In this document: in pieces, positions 24,107-36,540 of the stretch | How the letters are laid out: each line of letters begins with the position of its first letter | How positions within the stretch are numbered: the stretch's first letter is position 1 | Source: Eledone cirrhosa | Lineage: Eukaryota | Length of the DNA stretch: 64,000 nucleotides | Direction: 5' to 3' | Assembly: GCA_964016885.1 (NCBI GenBank) | Contig: CAXHJY010001591.1 | Coordinates: forward strand, 194,588 to 258,587 | Translations under genes and position numbers: made by a program | Notes under the pieces: generated by a model | The model's input: the letters and a program-made list of their open reading frames with translations, nothing else | Databases searched by the model: none | Told to the model about the DNA's origin: nothing

Positions 24107-25793
24107 CAAGAGGCGATTAGGGAAATGAAAAATGGTAAGGCGGCCGGACCATCGGGAATAGTTGCTGAGATGCTGAAGGCATCAGGGGACGTAGGCACTA
24201 AACTGGTTGCACGCATCATCAATCAGGCTATATATGGTGGTGTCATACCCAAAGACTGGTGCAGCAGTATTCTCATAAATTGCTACAAAGGTAAAGGGGA
24301 TGCTTTGGAGAGGAGAAATTATAGGGGTATAAAACTGATAGATCAGGTTATGAAAGTGGCAGAAAGGATTTTAGCACAACTAATTAGAGAAAGGGTCAAA
24401 CTAGATGAGATGCAGTTTGGTTTTGTGCTTGGGAAGAGTACAACAGATGCCCTCTTCTTGGTGAGACAAATGCAAGAGAGGTTCTTAGAGAAGAATAAGC
24501 CACTATACTTAGCCTTTGTTGACCTAGAGAAGGCCTTTGATAGGGTACCCCGATCTGTCATCTGGTGGTCCCTAAGGAAGCTAGGTGTTGAGGAATGGCT
24601 TGTGAGGACAGTGCAAACTTTGTACAGAGGTACTCTCAGTAAAGTCAGGGTAGGAATGGAGTTTAGTGAGGAATTCCAGATACAAGTAGGAGTACATCAG
24701 GGTTCGGTCCTCAGCCCGCTCTTGTTCATTATAGTCCTCCAAGCCATAACAGAGGAGTTTAAGACTGGCTGTCCATGGGAACTTCTCTATGCTGACGATC
24801 TGGCTCTTATAGCAGAATCAGTAGAGGAGCTAGAGAATAAATTCCAGCTATGGAAACAGCAGTTGGAAGCAAGAGGACTGAGAGTAAATCTAGCTAAGAC
24901 AAAAGTGTTGATGAGTAGAAAAGAGGACAAAACCCTGATTCCGTCAGGGAAATGGCCATGTTCGATATGCAGAAAAGGAACTGGCATAAATTCTATAAAA
25001 TGCACACAATGCAGGTCCTGGGTACACAAGAGATGTAACGGGATAGCAGGCAAACTAACAGGTAGGGAGAAATATGTATGCAGTAGATGTACAGGGAAAT
25101 TAGACAGTAGAAGTCGCACTGATAGACACATTTTTCAAATGTGAGAGGGCGCTATAGAAGTGGTGGATAGCTTCCGGTACCTAGGAGATCAGATTAGCAT
25201 GGGAGGAGGGTGTTCCGAGGCCATAGTATCTAGAATAAGGACAGGTTGGAAGAAGTTTAGGGAGCTGCTTCCTCTGTTGACGAAGAAGGGTTTCTCCCTG
25301 CGTACGAAAGGCCGGTTGTATGATGCCTGTGTGAGGAGCGCGATACTGCATGGTAGTGAGACATGGGCAGCAACCGCAGAGGATATGCGACGGCTGGAGA
25401 GAAATGAGGCAAGCATGCTCCGTTGGATGTGCAGTGTAAATGTGCGTGAACGACCCAGCATAAATGTGTTGAGAGAGAAACTGTGTCTGAGAGGGATAGA
25501 ATGTAGTGTACGGGAGAGGAGACTGAGGTGGTATGGACATGTGATGCGCATGGAGGATGACCGATGGGTGAAGAAGTGCCAGGAAATGCCAGTTGAAGGA
25601 AGACGTGGTAGAGGTAGACCACGAAAAACATGGGCGGAGGTGGTGAGAAGAGACCTCAGATCATTGAAGCTCACGGTGGAGATGACGAGGGACCGTGATG
25701 AGTGGAGAGATGCTGTGCTGAATAAGACCCGTCCCACCCTTGCAAGCAGGGAAAAGTGGACGTAAAATGATGATGATGATCATCATGATGATG
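24107..25793 (+). mobile_element. Young 5'-truncated RTE LINE (distinct subfamily); frame 24125-25765 is interrupted by one TGA
   Basis: ORFs 24125-25144 and 25160-25765 are in the same frame (offset 1035). RT motifs, the PHD-like finger and GRGRPRKTW are all present, followed by a (GAT)n tail. Confidence 0.95.
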
Positions 25794-26231
25794 TGTGCCT
25801 AATAGTGGACCCACCACCACAGAATGTACCAAGGTGTTCTAAGATCTGTCCGACCTGTGCTAGTATAGAAAACTAGATGTAAAATGATGCTAATGAAGGG
25901 GGATGACAATGGCAATAATGATGGTGATAACAATGACAATGGCAATGATGATGATGATGGTGATGGAAAGAATTTTACATGATGAGATCTTTAAGGGAAG
26001 TGTATTTGTTAGGGGAAAATATTAAAATATTGACTGAAGACAAAAAAAAAAAGAGGTAGAAAAAAATATTTAACAACAGATTCATCTTATTTTAGTGAAC
26101 AATGATAAAAGTAAAAAAAAAAAAAACAGAAACGACAAGGTTAATTATAAAATTTCCCTGACATTTATGGTAAAAAGAGGATTCCTTAATCTCAGCATCT
26201 TGTTACATTTTTCTTTCTTTTATTTTGATAA

Positions 26232-26378
26232 TTTTCTTTCTTTTCTTTTCTTTTCTTTTCTTTTCTTTTCTTTTCTTTTCTTTTCTTTTCTTTTCTTTTC
26301 TTTTCTTTTCTTTTCTTTTCTTTTCTTTTCTTTTCTTTTCTTTTCTTTTCTTTTCTTTTCTTTTCTTTTTTCTTTTCA
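26232..26378. repeat. (TTTTC)n pentanucleotide microsatellite
   Basis: Long, near-perfect array. Confidence 0.97.
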
Positions 26379-26959
26379 CTGTTCCCTTCATATCACCACC
26401 AGCTTCTGACTCCCCACAAATTCTCTCACCTGACATTTTGTTCTACAATTCAATCTGATAATCACCTATTGAGGATAACACCACTTAATCTGATTCCTTC
26501 CCTATTTTTTTATTTTGTTGTTGTGGTGGTAATTGTTATTTATTTATTCATTTGTTATCACTTTTGTGTTGCAAAGGTTAGGCCCACAAGAGCCTATTAT
26601 GGTTATTCTTAATCTTCACCAGTGAAGGAAACAGTTCTTGTTTTCACCAATATTAAAGGTTAAATTACCAACACAGTTACATTAAAACATGAATAGAAAT
26701 CAGTCAAACTGTTTTCAAACTATTGAGTAACAACAACAACAATAATAATAATTACTTTTATTATTGATGGTTTGCACAGTAAATATGATAACTGGATCTT
26801 TTAATGCTTGTTGAGCTTCAACAAGGACTTTAGAGTATATGTACAGCACTCAACAAGACAGTGTTTATAGGAGATTTGTGATTTTAGCTCTATTTGCTTA
26901 AAATATGCTCTAAATCCAACGACAACAGGAATTATCTTGATGTTAGGTAATATTGACCA

Positions 26960-27310
26960 CATTGATGAGGTGTGTTGGCTAATTGATGTTGCTTGCACAA
27001 TTGATATTCAAGTGGTAGATGAATGCAAGAAAATAGAAAAGTACCAAGCCCTGAAATACAAAATACAAAGAATCTAGAATTGCCACAAAAATTAGAATTA
27101 TCATCCTAATTCTAATAGGAGCCTTAGCAACAGTGGTTAGAAGTTTGAATGGTTGGTTGAAGATGTTGGATATAGAGGTGAATTTCCTCATTCTACAAAA
27201 AGCTTGTTTGCTTGGCACCACAAGAACCATATGAAAGATGCCAGATACCTATGGCTGTAGAAGGCAGCATATCTAGCAATCCAAATGCAATGAAATAGAA
27301 TAAATAATAA
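26960..27310 (+). mobile_element. R4/Dong-clade 3' fragment (RLE C-terminus)
   Basis: CWLIDVAC..D...KIEKYQAL..IQRI*..IGAL..LQKACLLGTTRTI, followed by (AAT)n. Confidence 0.75.
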
Positions 27311-27945
27311 TAATTGTTTCTACTTTTGGCACAAGGCCAGCAATTACTCAGTACATTACTGGTACTTTATTTTATCGACCCCGTAAGGAAAAAAGGCAAA
27401 GTTAACCTTGGCGGGATTTGAACTCAGAATGGCAAGGGTCGTAACTCTATGAGTCAAAGCATGGCGTTCGACCCGCTACCGATACTGCCAATAATGAAAT
27501 AGAATAAATAATAATAATTGTTTCCATTTTGGGCACAAGGCCAGCAATTTGAAGGGAAGAGGAAAGTTGATTAAATCAACACATTGCCTTACTGGTACTT
27601 TATTTTATCAACCCTGTAAGAATGAAAAGTAAAGCTAACCTCAGTGGGATTTGAACTCAGAATGTAAAGATTCCTTTTACATTTTGAATTCAAATCCCAC
27701 TGAGCTTAATTTAATAGTTTATCCTTACGGGGTTGATAAAATAAAATACCAGTAATGCACTGTGTCAATTTAATCAATTTTCCCCTTCCCTTCAAATTGA
27801 TGGCCTTGTGCCAAAAGTAGAAACAATTATTTCTAATTTAGGCTAGCGATTTAGGATTAGGAGAGGAAAATCAAATCAACAGTGCTTGACTAGTACTGTA
27901 TTTTATCAACCTCAGAAGGATGAAAGGCAAAATTGACCTAACAAA
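27311..27945. mobile_element. Cluster of four tRNA-derived SINEs (-,-,+,-)
   Basis: The SINE body is repeated. The first copy is flanked by duplicated AATGAAATAGAATAAATAATAATAAT (~27289 and ~27492). Confidence 0.85.
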
Positions 27946-30365
27946 TTTTAGAACAGATACTCTGCATCCATGTATGTTGTAAGAAATGACTAACAAATGT
28001 TGGCATCAGAAAGGCATCTGGTCATAAAACTCAATTCATGCCAACATAGAAAAGCAGATAGATGTTAAAACAATGCAAAGGAGTTGTTATTGCATGGGAT
28101 TTAGCATAGCAGTCTGGATATGTCGCACTCTCTTCATTATCCAGTCCACTTCTGTATGTCTGTTGTTATTCCGTAACGTTAGGTAAGGCCTGATCCGAAA
28201 GGTAATACGAGATTGATGTGCTATTTACTGCACTTAGTTCTATTCTCAGCTGTCTGTGTTTCCTGTAGCTATATCATCAGAAGTAAAACATCAGTGGCAC
28301 TAAATTTCGTTTTTTATTGAGTAATAGGGATCCTGTAGAGATGAAAGACATTGTCATGTAGGTACACAGACCCACCTTCTCAGTTATGTCCCTACTGAGC
28401 TGAGGACCATACTGCACTTTTTGACACGTTGGTTAATTTTATGGAGTGCAGTATGACAGTCCAAATATTTACTGTCTCCAATGTCAATGTGCTCCTACAC
28501 ATTCTGGTGGTAGTGGTGATCACAACAGAAGCTGCCAAAATAAATTCAATCAGAGTATGTCTCACTGCAATTATCATTGAGGGTATTCATCCTAACATTT
28601 CTCTGCAAAATGGAAAGGAGTACAACCCACCTAAGGAGGCAGCCTTGTGCAGTAGAGTGGCTGATGCAACAGGCATTGCTGGCTGTTCTCTGTAGTGATG
28701 CTGAGATATACCTTCTTGACTAGGAGTAGAGTTTGCTACATCTTCCCACTTTTCCTTACTTTCACTAATTTCTTTTGATATGCATATGTTGATGTATTGT
28801 AAATATACTTCGACAATAAAAGCTTTGTTACTCCATTTACACTCCTAGCATATTGATTGAGGGTTAATGAAACTATTGATTTTTTTTTTATTATATGGTT
28901 ATTATATTTATCTGGACTGAACAAAATTGGGGTAGCCTGTGTGTGTTTACTCAGGTTGCTAAAAATAGCATAGGATTCTCCCTCAAATCGCATCCTACCT
29001 TCTTAAAAAGGGAAAGACATGTTGGATAATGTAGTTCTAAATACATTATCTCAGAAAATAAGGCAGGAGGCCCATGGTGTGAGTACATTTAATTATAGGT
29101 CTGCTGCTGAATCAAAGCTGACCTGTGACAAAACAGTAGCAATAAATAGTACTCTAATGTGGAACAGACTTGTCCCTGTTATGAACTGAAGTATTTTCCA
29201 GCTCTCAAGAAGAAATCTAGCATTTAGTATGCAGTCTTGGCAAATTTATTGATTAGTGATAGCCATGAAAGGTCATTAGAGATTATCAAGTCAAGCATTT
29301 AAGGAGATTGCTACAGTTTTAACAATGTTGTTCACAAGTAGGTGGAAATATAGTATTATGTGTTATCTCAATTTCTTACAATGATAGTATTTTAATTCTG
29401 TTGAACAAGGCTACTATTGTAATGACTTTGACAAGCAAAGCTGGCATAGTTATTGACAAGAGTTGAGTGAAGAATCAAAGGTAGATGTAAAGTTTGTGAT
29501 AATCAAAATTAAGTGGCTCCAGAGGACAGAAAAGTTAGAATGGGTGCTAGATCTGTTACTTGAAAGAAGTAAATTCAATGAAGCATAACACTAGTGTCAG
29601 GAAAAAAGCCCTACTTTCTTTTTTCTGTAAACAGCAGTTGACAATCAGAAAGGCATTCAACTGTAATAAAACACAATGGGGTTTATTTATGGTTGCACAG
29701 CCAACTAGAAATGGCAGCTATATCCTTTTCAAATGACACCCTATAATCTTGAAAAATGGACACAATGGATAGTGTGATCTTAAATGCTCACAGATGAAAA
29801 ATTGACTGTACACCTTATCCCCTTCCCAAATCCAGCTTTTTCCAGAAACTAGAAATCAATTTTATCATTCAAATATTAAAAAGTTTCCTTTTTAAGCCTT
29901 TTTCTCTTTAACCTATCTGTGTGTGTGAGAGAGAAGGGGAGGGGATAGTGTGTGCTGCTTTTCAATTTTAGCAATGGATAGGATAGTTTTTGTTGGATCA
30001 AAAGTTATTACAGCTGGATGTCTTTCATATTGATAGCTACTTAACGTTGAGAATAGAATGCTATTTTTTATAGTCAGTCAAGGAATGCTGTAGCAAATAG
30101 AGAAGAGCTGAAGTGTATGAATGGCTACAAGTAGGACATTAAGACATTTGATAACTACTTACTTGTGAGCAGCTCTGGTTCTATTATTGAAATTGTTCTC
30201 ACTGTAAAATGTTTATATTTATATTAGAATAAATTATAATTTTATTTAAGAAACTTTTGTTAAATTATGTTTTGTCCCTATTTTATTAATTTTACTAAAT
30301 TCCATCAAATTTTTGATTATTTTCAAAATTAATTGAAACATAGTCAATGTATTTCAGCATATTAA

Positions 30366-30535
30366 CCCTTTAGCATTCAAACCAGCTGTATCTGGCCAGA
30401 ATTCTCTCACCTATTTCTGTTCAAACCGGCCATAACTAGCCACTTATACTGATGTTAAGGTAATGTTCTTAAAATAAATAATATCAAAATCTCATAGATT
30501 CAATATAATGTGAGATAAAGCCTTTACTGTGAAAA
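30366..30535. mobile_element. piggyBac-type MITE, right end missing
   Basis: TTAACCCTTTAGCATTCAAACCAGC.. is homologous to 31702-31899. Confidence 0.6.
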
Positions 30536-31069
30536 AGCTGAAGTCTAAAAACTACAGCACTTGTCACCTTTATATTTCCAAGGTGACTAGATAATTGTTT
30601 TGTTTTGTTTTCACTCAGTCTAAAATAATACACAAGATGATATTGTATAGAAAGATAACCTGTCTCATTTATATCATTATCATCATCATTTTATGTCTGC
30701 TTATTCTGCTGGCATGGATTGAATGGGTTGTCACGGCCTGGTGACTACATGGATCAAAGAACCACATCTTGCTATATGTTCTATATTTTGGAATGTCTTC
30801 TATGGATAGATACCCAGTTATATTCTTGTTTCTGTTTGTCATAAGTTGTGGTTTGCTATAAGTTCTCTTCATAGGCAGAAAGATGAACAACCAACTAGTT
30901 GTGACGCATGTAAAAGAAGCGATGTTGTCAACATTTTTTGGTCTTTAGGACCTTGATGCCCAACTCGTTTGGATATCTTTCATAATTTGCTCAACTTTTC
31001 GTAAATACATTTGTTTAGATCTACTACCTGATAGATAAGACTTAAAAATGAGGAGTAAGTGGTCATCTT

Positions 31070-31140
31070 CACTTTGGTGTAATGGTAGCGCAGTCAACCA
31101 GCAAACAGCAAATGTGAGCTAGAATCCCACAGGCAATGCT
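31070..31140 (+). pseudogene. Degenerate tRNA-like sequence
   Basis: A-box-like TGGTGTAATGG and B-box-like GAGCTAGAATCCC at tRNA spacing, followed by a T-run. The cloverleaf is not intact. Confidence 0.4.
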
Positions 31141-31701
31141 GACCACTTTTTTGTCTCTAGGAACTTATATGACCAATTAGTTCAAATATTTTTCATAGTC
31201 AAAAAACCTGCATGGAAGCAACTTACTTTAAGCTAATATACATTCAAAATTTAATCCCTATATCTTTCTTTGTACAAAGAGAATAACAAATTGTTTACAT
31301 TTGTTCTTTTTGCGCTTTTCATGTTAGTCTAAAAAACAAAGACAAAGAAAAATATACAATAAAAACACTAACAACAACTATAATTTGCATTATTATAATT
31401 TAGTAATGTAAGCAACTGATGCCATACATCAACATAAAAGTTAGAACAGTCTTATATAATGATTTATAACAGATTTAAGGTCACACATTATATTTGATAC
31501 TCATTTTAGAAAATCCCTAGGAAGGATGAAAAGCAAAGTTGACTCTGGTGGACTCTGGTTCAGCACTTTATTGATTCTACTAATTCAACAAACAGCCTAG
31601 AATCTCTAATATATAATACCTCTTGTGTTTGGTTTGTTGGTTCGATGTCACATTTGACAAAATATAGGGAGACAGTGAGAGAGAGAGAAAGAGAGAATTA
31701 A

Positions 31702-31899
31702 CCCTTTAGCATCTAAACCAGCCACATCCGGCCAGAATTTTCTCACCTCTTTCTGTTCAAACTGGTTGCTCATACTGATGTTAAGGTATTGTTCTCAAAA
31801 TAAATAATATCAAAATCTCATAGCTTCAATATTATGTTAGATAAAGTGTTTACCATGAAAATATAATAGTAAATATAGAGTAATGTAAATGCTGAAGGG
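31702..31899. mobile_element. piggyBac-type MITE
   Basis: TTAA|CCCTTTAGCATCTA ... TAAATGCTGAAGGG|TTAA. Confidence 0.8.
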
Positions 31900-32997
31900 T
31901 TAAAATATGGATTGAAGTAGTATACATACTGAGTGAGGTGGCAGACAAAGAGTGAGAAAGAAAAATAAAGACTATACTGGAACACATGCAAGCACATATT
32001 CACAAACACACACACACACACACAAGTAATTGTTATCTGCTTAAAGCAAAGTTAAGTTTTATTTTCACATTTTTTTTTACAAATGGAATATACATTTATG
32101 AAAATATATATTCCTTTTCTCAAATCACTGCTTTATTTGTATTTCATACTGTTTGGATTATTTTGGCCAAAAGAAGGCATAGTGAATTAATTAGTTACTT
32201 CTTTCATATATATATATACTCCCATTTAACTCATGCTAGCGTGGAAAGTGGACATTAAACGACGATGATGGTGAGTAAAATTAGTATTTTAATAATATTT
32301 AACAAAGGCCACAATTGGTGGTGGTGATGCTGGAGAGAAGTATAGTTAATTCTATCAACCCCAGTATATGATTAGTACTTTATTTTATTGACCCTAGTAG
32401 TATAAAAGGTAAAGTTTACTCTGGCAGGATTTAAACTGAGTCTATTTTAATTAATATTTGTAATAAAGGCATCGAGTGTGATTACATTTTTTTTTTTAAA
32501 TATATGATTTGTTATAAATTATCACCTCCTTCATTCAGTCCCATAATTATTTAATACATCTAATGTTTCCTTTCATTTGCTGTCCATGTAGCAGTGCTTT
32601 GTAGAGTTCTTTTGATCTACTGCTCCTGTGACAAATTAAAAAAAAAACATTATCATGGTTATCATTATCATCATCATTATCAGACACATATATAGTCCTA
32701 TTTCCATTAAAGTGAAATTTCCAGACACAAAATAAAAGAAAAATGAAACAAACAGACAAACAAGAAAACAAAATTACTTTCTGCATATATGCTGCTACAA
32801 GTGAAAATTGTACATCATGCAAACAAACAGTAAGATATGTGTTCTTGTTGCAGCATATAAACACAAAATAAACACATTTCATTATTTTCAATGAAACGGG
32901 AAGTATGTTTAGGTTTTCTAATTTATGTCATGCGATTTCATTTACACAAAGAAGACGAAATATATAGTTTCTGCTGCATTCTTAGTATTATTTTTAT

Positions 32998-33300
32998 ATC
33001 ATCATCGTCGTCGTTTAACGTCCATCTTCCACGCTAGCATGGGTTAGACGGTTTTGTTCCATTTGATGCGGGAATAGTCGGGAGACTGTCTCGCTCATAC
33101 GGAAGTGTCTCTGGCAGGTTTTTTACAGCTGGATGCCCTTCCTAACACCAACCACATTTACAGTGTGGACTGGGAGCCTTTTTACCAGGTCTCCTACACG
33201 ACCACCTTACAGTTTAGACGTGTCATCAACACAGTGGACGGAATGGAAATGGGAGGATGAGGTAGGGTGTATATTGGGTTAAGAGGTGCCTACTGACTTA
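32998..33300 (-). mobile_element. RTE 3'-tail-derived element
   Basis: (CAT)n CGTTTAACGTCC..CAGCTGGATGCCCTTCCTAAC is the reverse complement of the RTE 3' UTR. Confidence 0.8.
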
Positions 33301-33570
33301 ATATCACTTAATATTAGATCAGTCCAAGGAATTAATGTTTCCATTGATCTTTCCAATTATTGATACTATCTCCCAGTCACAACAACTGGCAGAAGGAGCA
33401 ACGTTAAATAAAGTGTCTTGCTCAAGGACATAACGCATCCCCTGGTCCAAAGAATTGAATTACGATTGTGAATCTAATTCTCAAATCACTAAGCCATGCA
33501 CTTTCACTAAATATATATAGTAATTTAAGGTATCACAACATATATAATATGTATGATGTATGTATATATA

Positions 33571-34138
33571 GAAAGATAAAGAGCCATATATCGTTTGAGA
33601 AACATAGTATTTTGTACAAATATAAAGAACATAATATTTAGGAAAAAATACGTACTTTGAGATGGAAAAGTTCTTCTTTTCATATGTACATCTTAGATTA
33701 GTATATATATTTGTAGAGCTGCTTATACTGTGACTAGCACTTAGCACCTCTTTCTAGCAGATACGATGTCCAGTCCTATCTATATCTGCCGCCACAGTTA
33801 AAATGTTCTCACATCATGCTGTCTATGGTTATGGCCTAACTCTCACATCCCGACATATAAAAGTATTTTGTACTCTATACTCTATTGGAATTTATTCAAA
33901 GACGAATTCCTCTGATGATTGTTTTGCGTCTCCCGTAGCTTTACCAAAATCGATAGTTGGTGATTGATGATTGATCGCTTAGATCAATTTTTGTTACAGT
34001 TTACAAAACCATAAAATGGTACCATAAGGAAAGAAGAACTTTTCCACCTTAAAGTATGTATTTTTTCCTAAATATTATGTGCTTTATATATGTACAAAAT
34101 ACTATGTGTTTCTTAAACGATATATGGCTTTCTCTCTC
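33571..34138. mobile_element. Non-autonomous DNA transposon with ~118-bp TIRs in a TA context
   Basis: 33571-33690 is the reverse complement of 34018-34138 (GCCATATATCGTTT..CATAATATTTAGGAAAAAATAC..TGGAAAAGTTCTTC). Both sides are flanked by (TA)n. Confidence 0.8.
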
Positions 34139-34679
34139 TATATATATACATATATCTTTTAATTTGAACTATAAATATATATATATATATATCATAAATG
34201 TTGGAGGTGAAATATATTTTTTATCCTAAGTTTTCTGGAGTGTTTTGAAAGAATCTGAGTTTCAAAGCTGTCAGAAATTATTTCTATTTTGGATAACCGA
34301 GAAGGGAGGCATCCTTATAATTTTCAGATTTGGAATGAAATTTATGTTTTGTAAAAATTTACCACATATATATATATTATATAAATAATACTGGCAATTA
34401 TTGGCAAACTATTTTCTTTTGCCTGTGGCATTCAAGATGTTTAGGGAAGCTGGGCCGCTGACTACGAAATTCTAGTCATCGTTGATGGCTTGCCTTACTG
34501 AGATATCAGGTGATGCCCATGAGGGTGCTTGGTCATTCAAACACCTTAGCTTTATAGTCACCTGTGGTAATGCTGCAAGCATGTTTGCTTGCCCCCAAAA
34601 GTATTAAAGGCAGGTTCTGGCGCCCCATGTGGTGTGTGCCTGATAGACACATTTAGTGTTGAATTAATATTTTTGGCAT

Positions 34680-35915
34680 TATTACAGAAAGATATCACTG
34701 ATTTCAATGGAAAATAATTTTTTTCCCTCGATTTTTCCATGTATTATCAATTAAGCTTACCTCCTAAAACCCTTGGTAAATTTATAGAACACCCCACTCA
34801 ATTTCAATGGGAAATAAATTTTTTTTTCAGTTTTTCATGTGCTATCAACTAATCTAACCTTCAAGATGCTGACAATCGACTTTTTTCCCAAAGAACAGAA
34901 TGGGTGAGGTGGCTCCCCCTGCCATGCTCACAGTTTCCTCTACAATATTTTTCGCCCGTTATCAACGAATATGACCTACAAACCAGTTAGAAACGACTAG
35001 ATTTGTAGAAAAAGTAGAGCAAAAGGAGACAAAAAGATCATTATTGTTTCGCAGATCAACACACCTCGCGTTTGGTGGAAAATAATTATTTTTCCTTGTT
35101 TTTTCTGGATCTCTTTTCCTAGAAGACGGAAACCCTAACCTTAATCATGGAAAAAAAAAGTCTATTGCAAGCATCTAAGAGGTCCAGAAAAAACAAAATA
35201 AGGGAAGATAATTATTTCCCAGCAAACTCAAGAGGTATGTAGATCTACAAAATTCTGAGGTCTTTTCGTACCCTTTCCCCACCACTCCTTTTCTACAAAT
35301 GCAGTTGTTTCCGACTGGTTTCGGGGTCCTATTCGTTGATAACATTTGGAACAAACCGTTCTCCGGAAAAAAAAAGTTGATTGGCAGCATCTTGGAGGTT
35401 AGATTAGTTGATAGTACACGAAAAAAACGGGAAAAAACATTTTTTTCAAAAGTGAAATCGAGTGGAGTGATCTATAATAATACCAAGCCCTTTTCCACCG
35501 GAAAAGGGAAAAGGAGAGGGGCGACCCTCCGACGACTTTTCAGCCCCCGTGTTTTCTTTGCAATTTCTTTTTTTTCCCTCGTTTAATTTTTTTTTTTTTA
35601 TCGTGTGCTACCAACTAATCTTATCTCCGAACATACTGCAAATGACATTTTCCCCGGAAAACGGCGGTAGAGGGGGACCCTCGGACTTTTCACCTCTGGC
35701 TCCACCCTTCCTCGTAGTTAGAATTAAAGTTAGGGTTAGGGGGTAAAATAAATCCGGGAGGCGGGGTAGATTCGGGGGTCCTCCTCCGTTTTCCGTGGAA
35801 AATATTTTGCAGCATATTAGGAAGTAAGTTTCATAAGACACGAAAAAAATAAAACACAGGTAGAATTGATTTGCTGCGGAAATCAGTGGAGGTGTCATTC
35901 TATAAATTTATCATT
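34680..35915. repeat. Modular foldback repeat: two long imperfect hairpins built from ~100-bp modules
   Basis: Arms 34772-35115/35177-35489 and 35584-35690/35772-35855. The core GTGCTATCAACTAATCT.ACCT recurs on both strands. Confidence 0.85.
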
Positions 35916-36540
35916 TTTTGTTTCGGTTTGATTTTATATTTTTATGTGAAATATTTATGTAATTAAATATTGTATATATTATTTGCTTACATTTTGTAAG
36001 ATTATAAATAATCGGTAATGTTATTTATACAATTGTGAATACATATATGAAACAATATATTGATTGTATAACGATGTCTGGAACGATTTCGTATTATTTC
36101 CTATTTCTATGAAAATGTATCGCCCGATTCACCTGATTTATTGCGTATAAGAGTTAGGGTTTCCTCGCCAGCTTGTGTGAGCAGTGAACACGAAATGAAT
36201 TCGATGTAGTATTGGACGAGATATTTTAATTTTCTTCAAATGAGATCGATTAGCAATGATACCTTGAAAAATGTTACGGTGTATATATTCTTGTAGAAGC
36301 ATTTAAACAGAATCTAAGTACATTTCGTTGTTTCCGATTTTTTTTTCTCTCTTATACTTCTAATTAGTTTCGACGTGTCACGAAAATAGAAAACAATTCT
36401 GTTGTTTATACTTTTACCGTGCCTTTGAAGTAAATAACGAAACCATCATCACTATTAAATTATACTGATATTATGTTGTGGTTAAATGTTTATATTTAAT
36501 ATAATGTTGTTTCTGTAACAAATAATAATCATTACCTCTT

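Noticed and set aside
25142-25144. Programmed readthrough or A-to-I rescue of the single TGA
   Set aside because: The element is 5'-truncated, and a simple point mutation (e.g. CGA to TGA) explains the stop. A 5' G neighbour is disfavoured by ADAR.
7066-25737. Numerous antisense ORFs over LINE coding regions
   Set aside because: These are shadow frames of retrotransposon ORFs with no independent motifs.
28100-28740. Possible host exon or LINE endonuclease remnant
   Set aside because: There is no sustained frame, and only faint motif hints (RPP-like, GSGDH). It cannot be assigned.
33900-33990. C/D-box snoRNA (two TGATGA)
   Set aside because: There is no downstream CTGA box or terminal stem.
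35131-36160. Interstitial telomere array
   Set aside because: There are only 1-2 TTAGGG units per site. They are noted only for their position in the hairpin loops.
36130-36302. Second gene in the island (54-aa minus-strand ORF; plus-strand ELGFPRQLV resembling UBA)
   Set aside because: It is short and bounded by stops, and the candidate 29-nt intron gives no open spliced frame.
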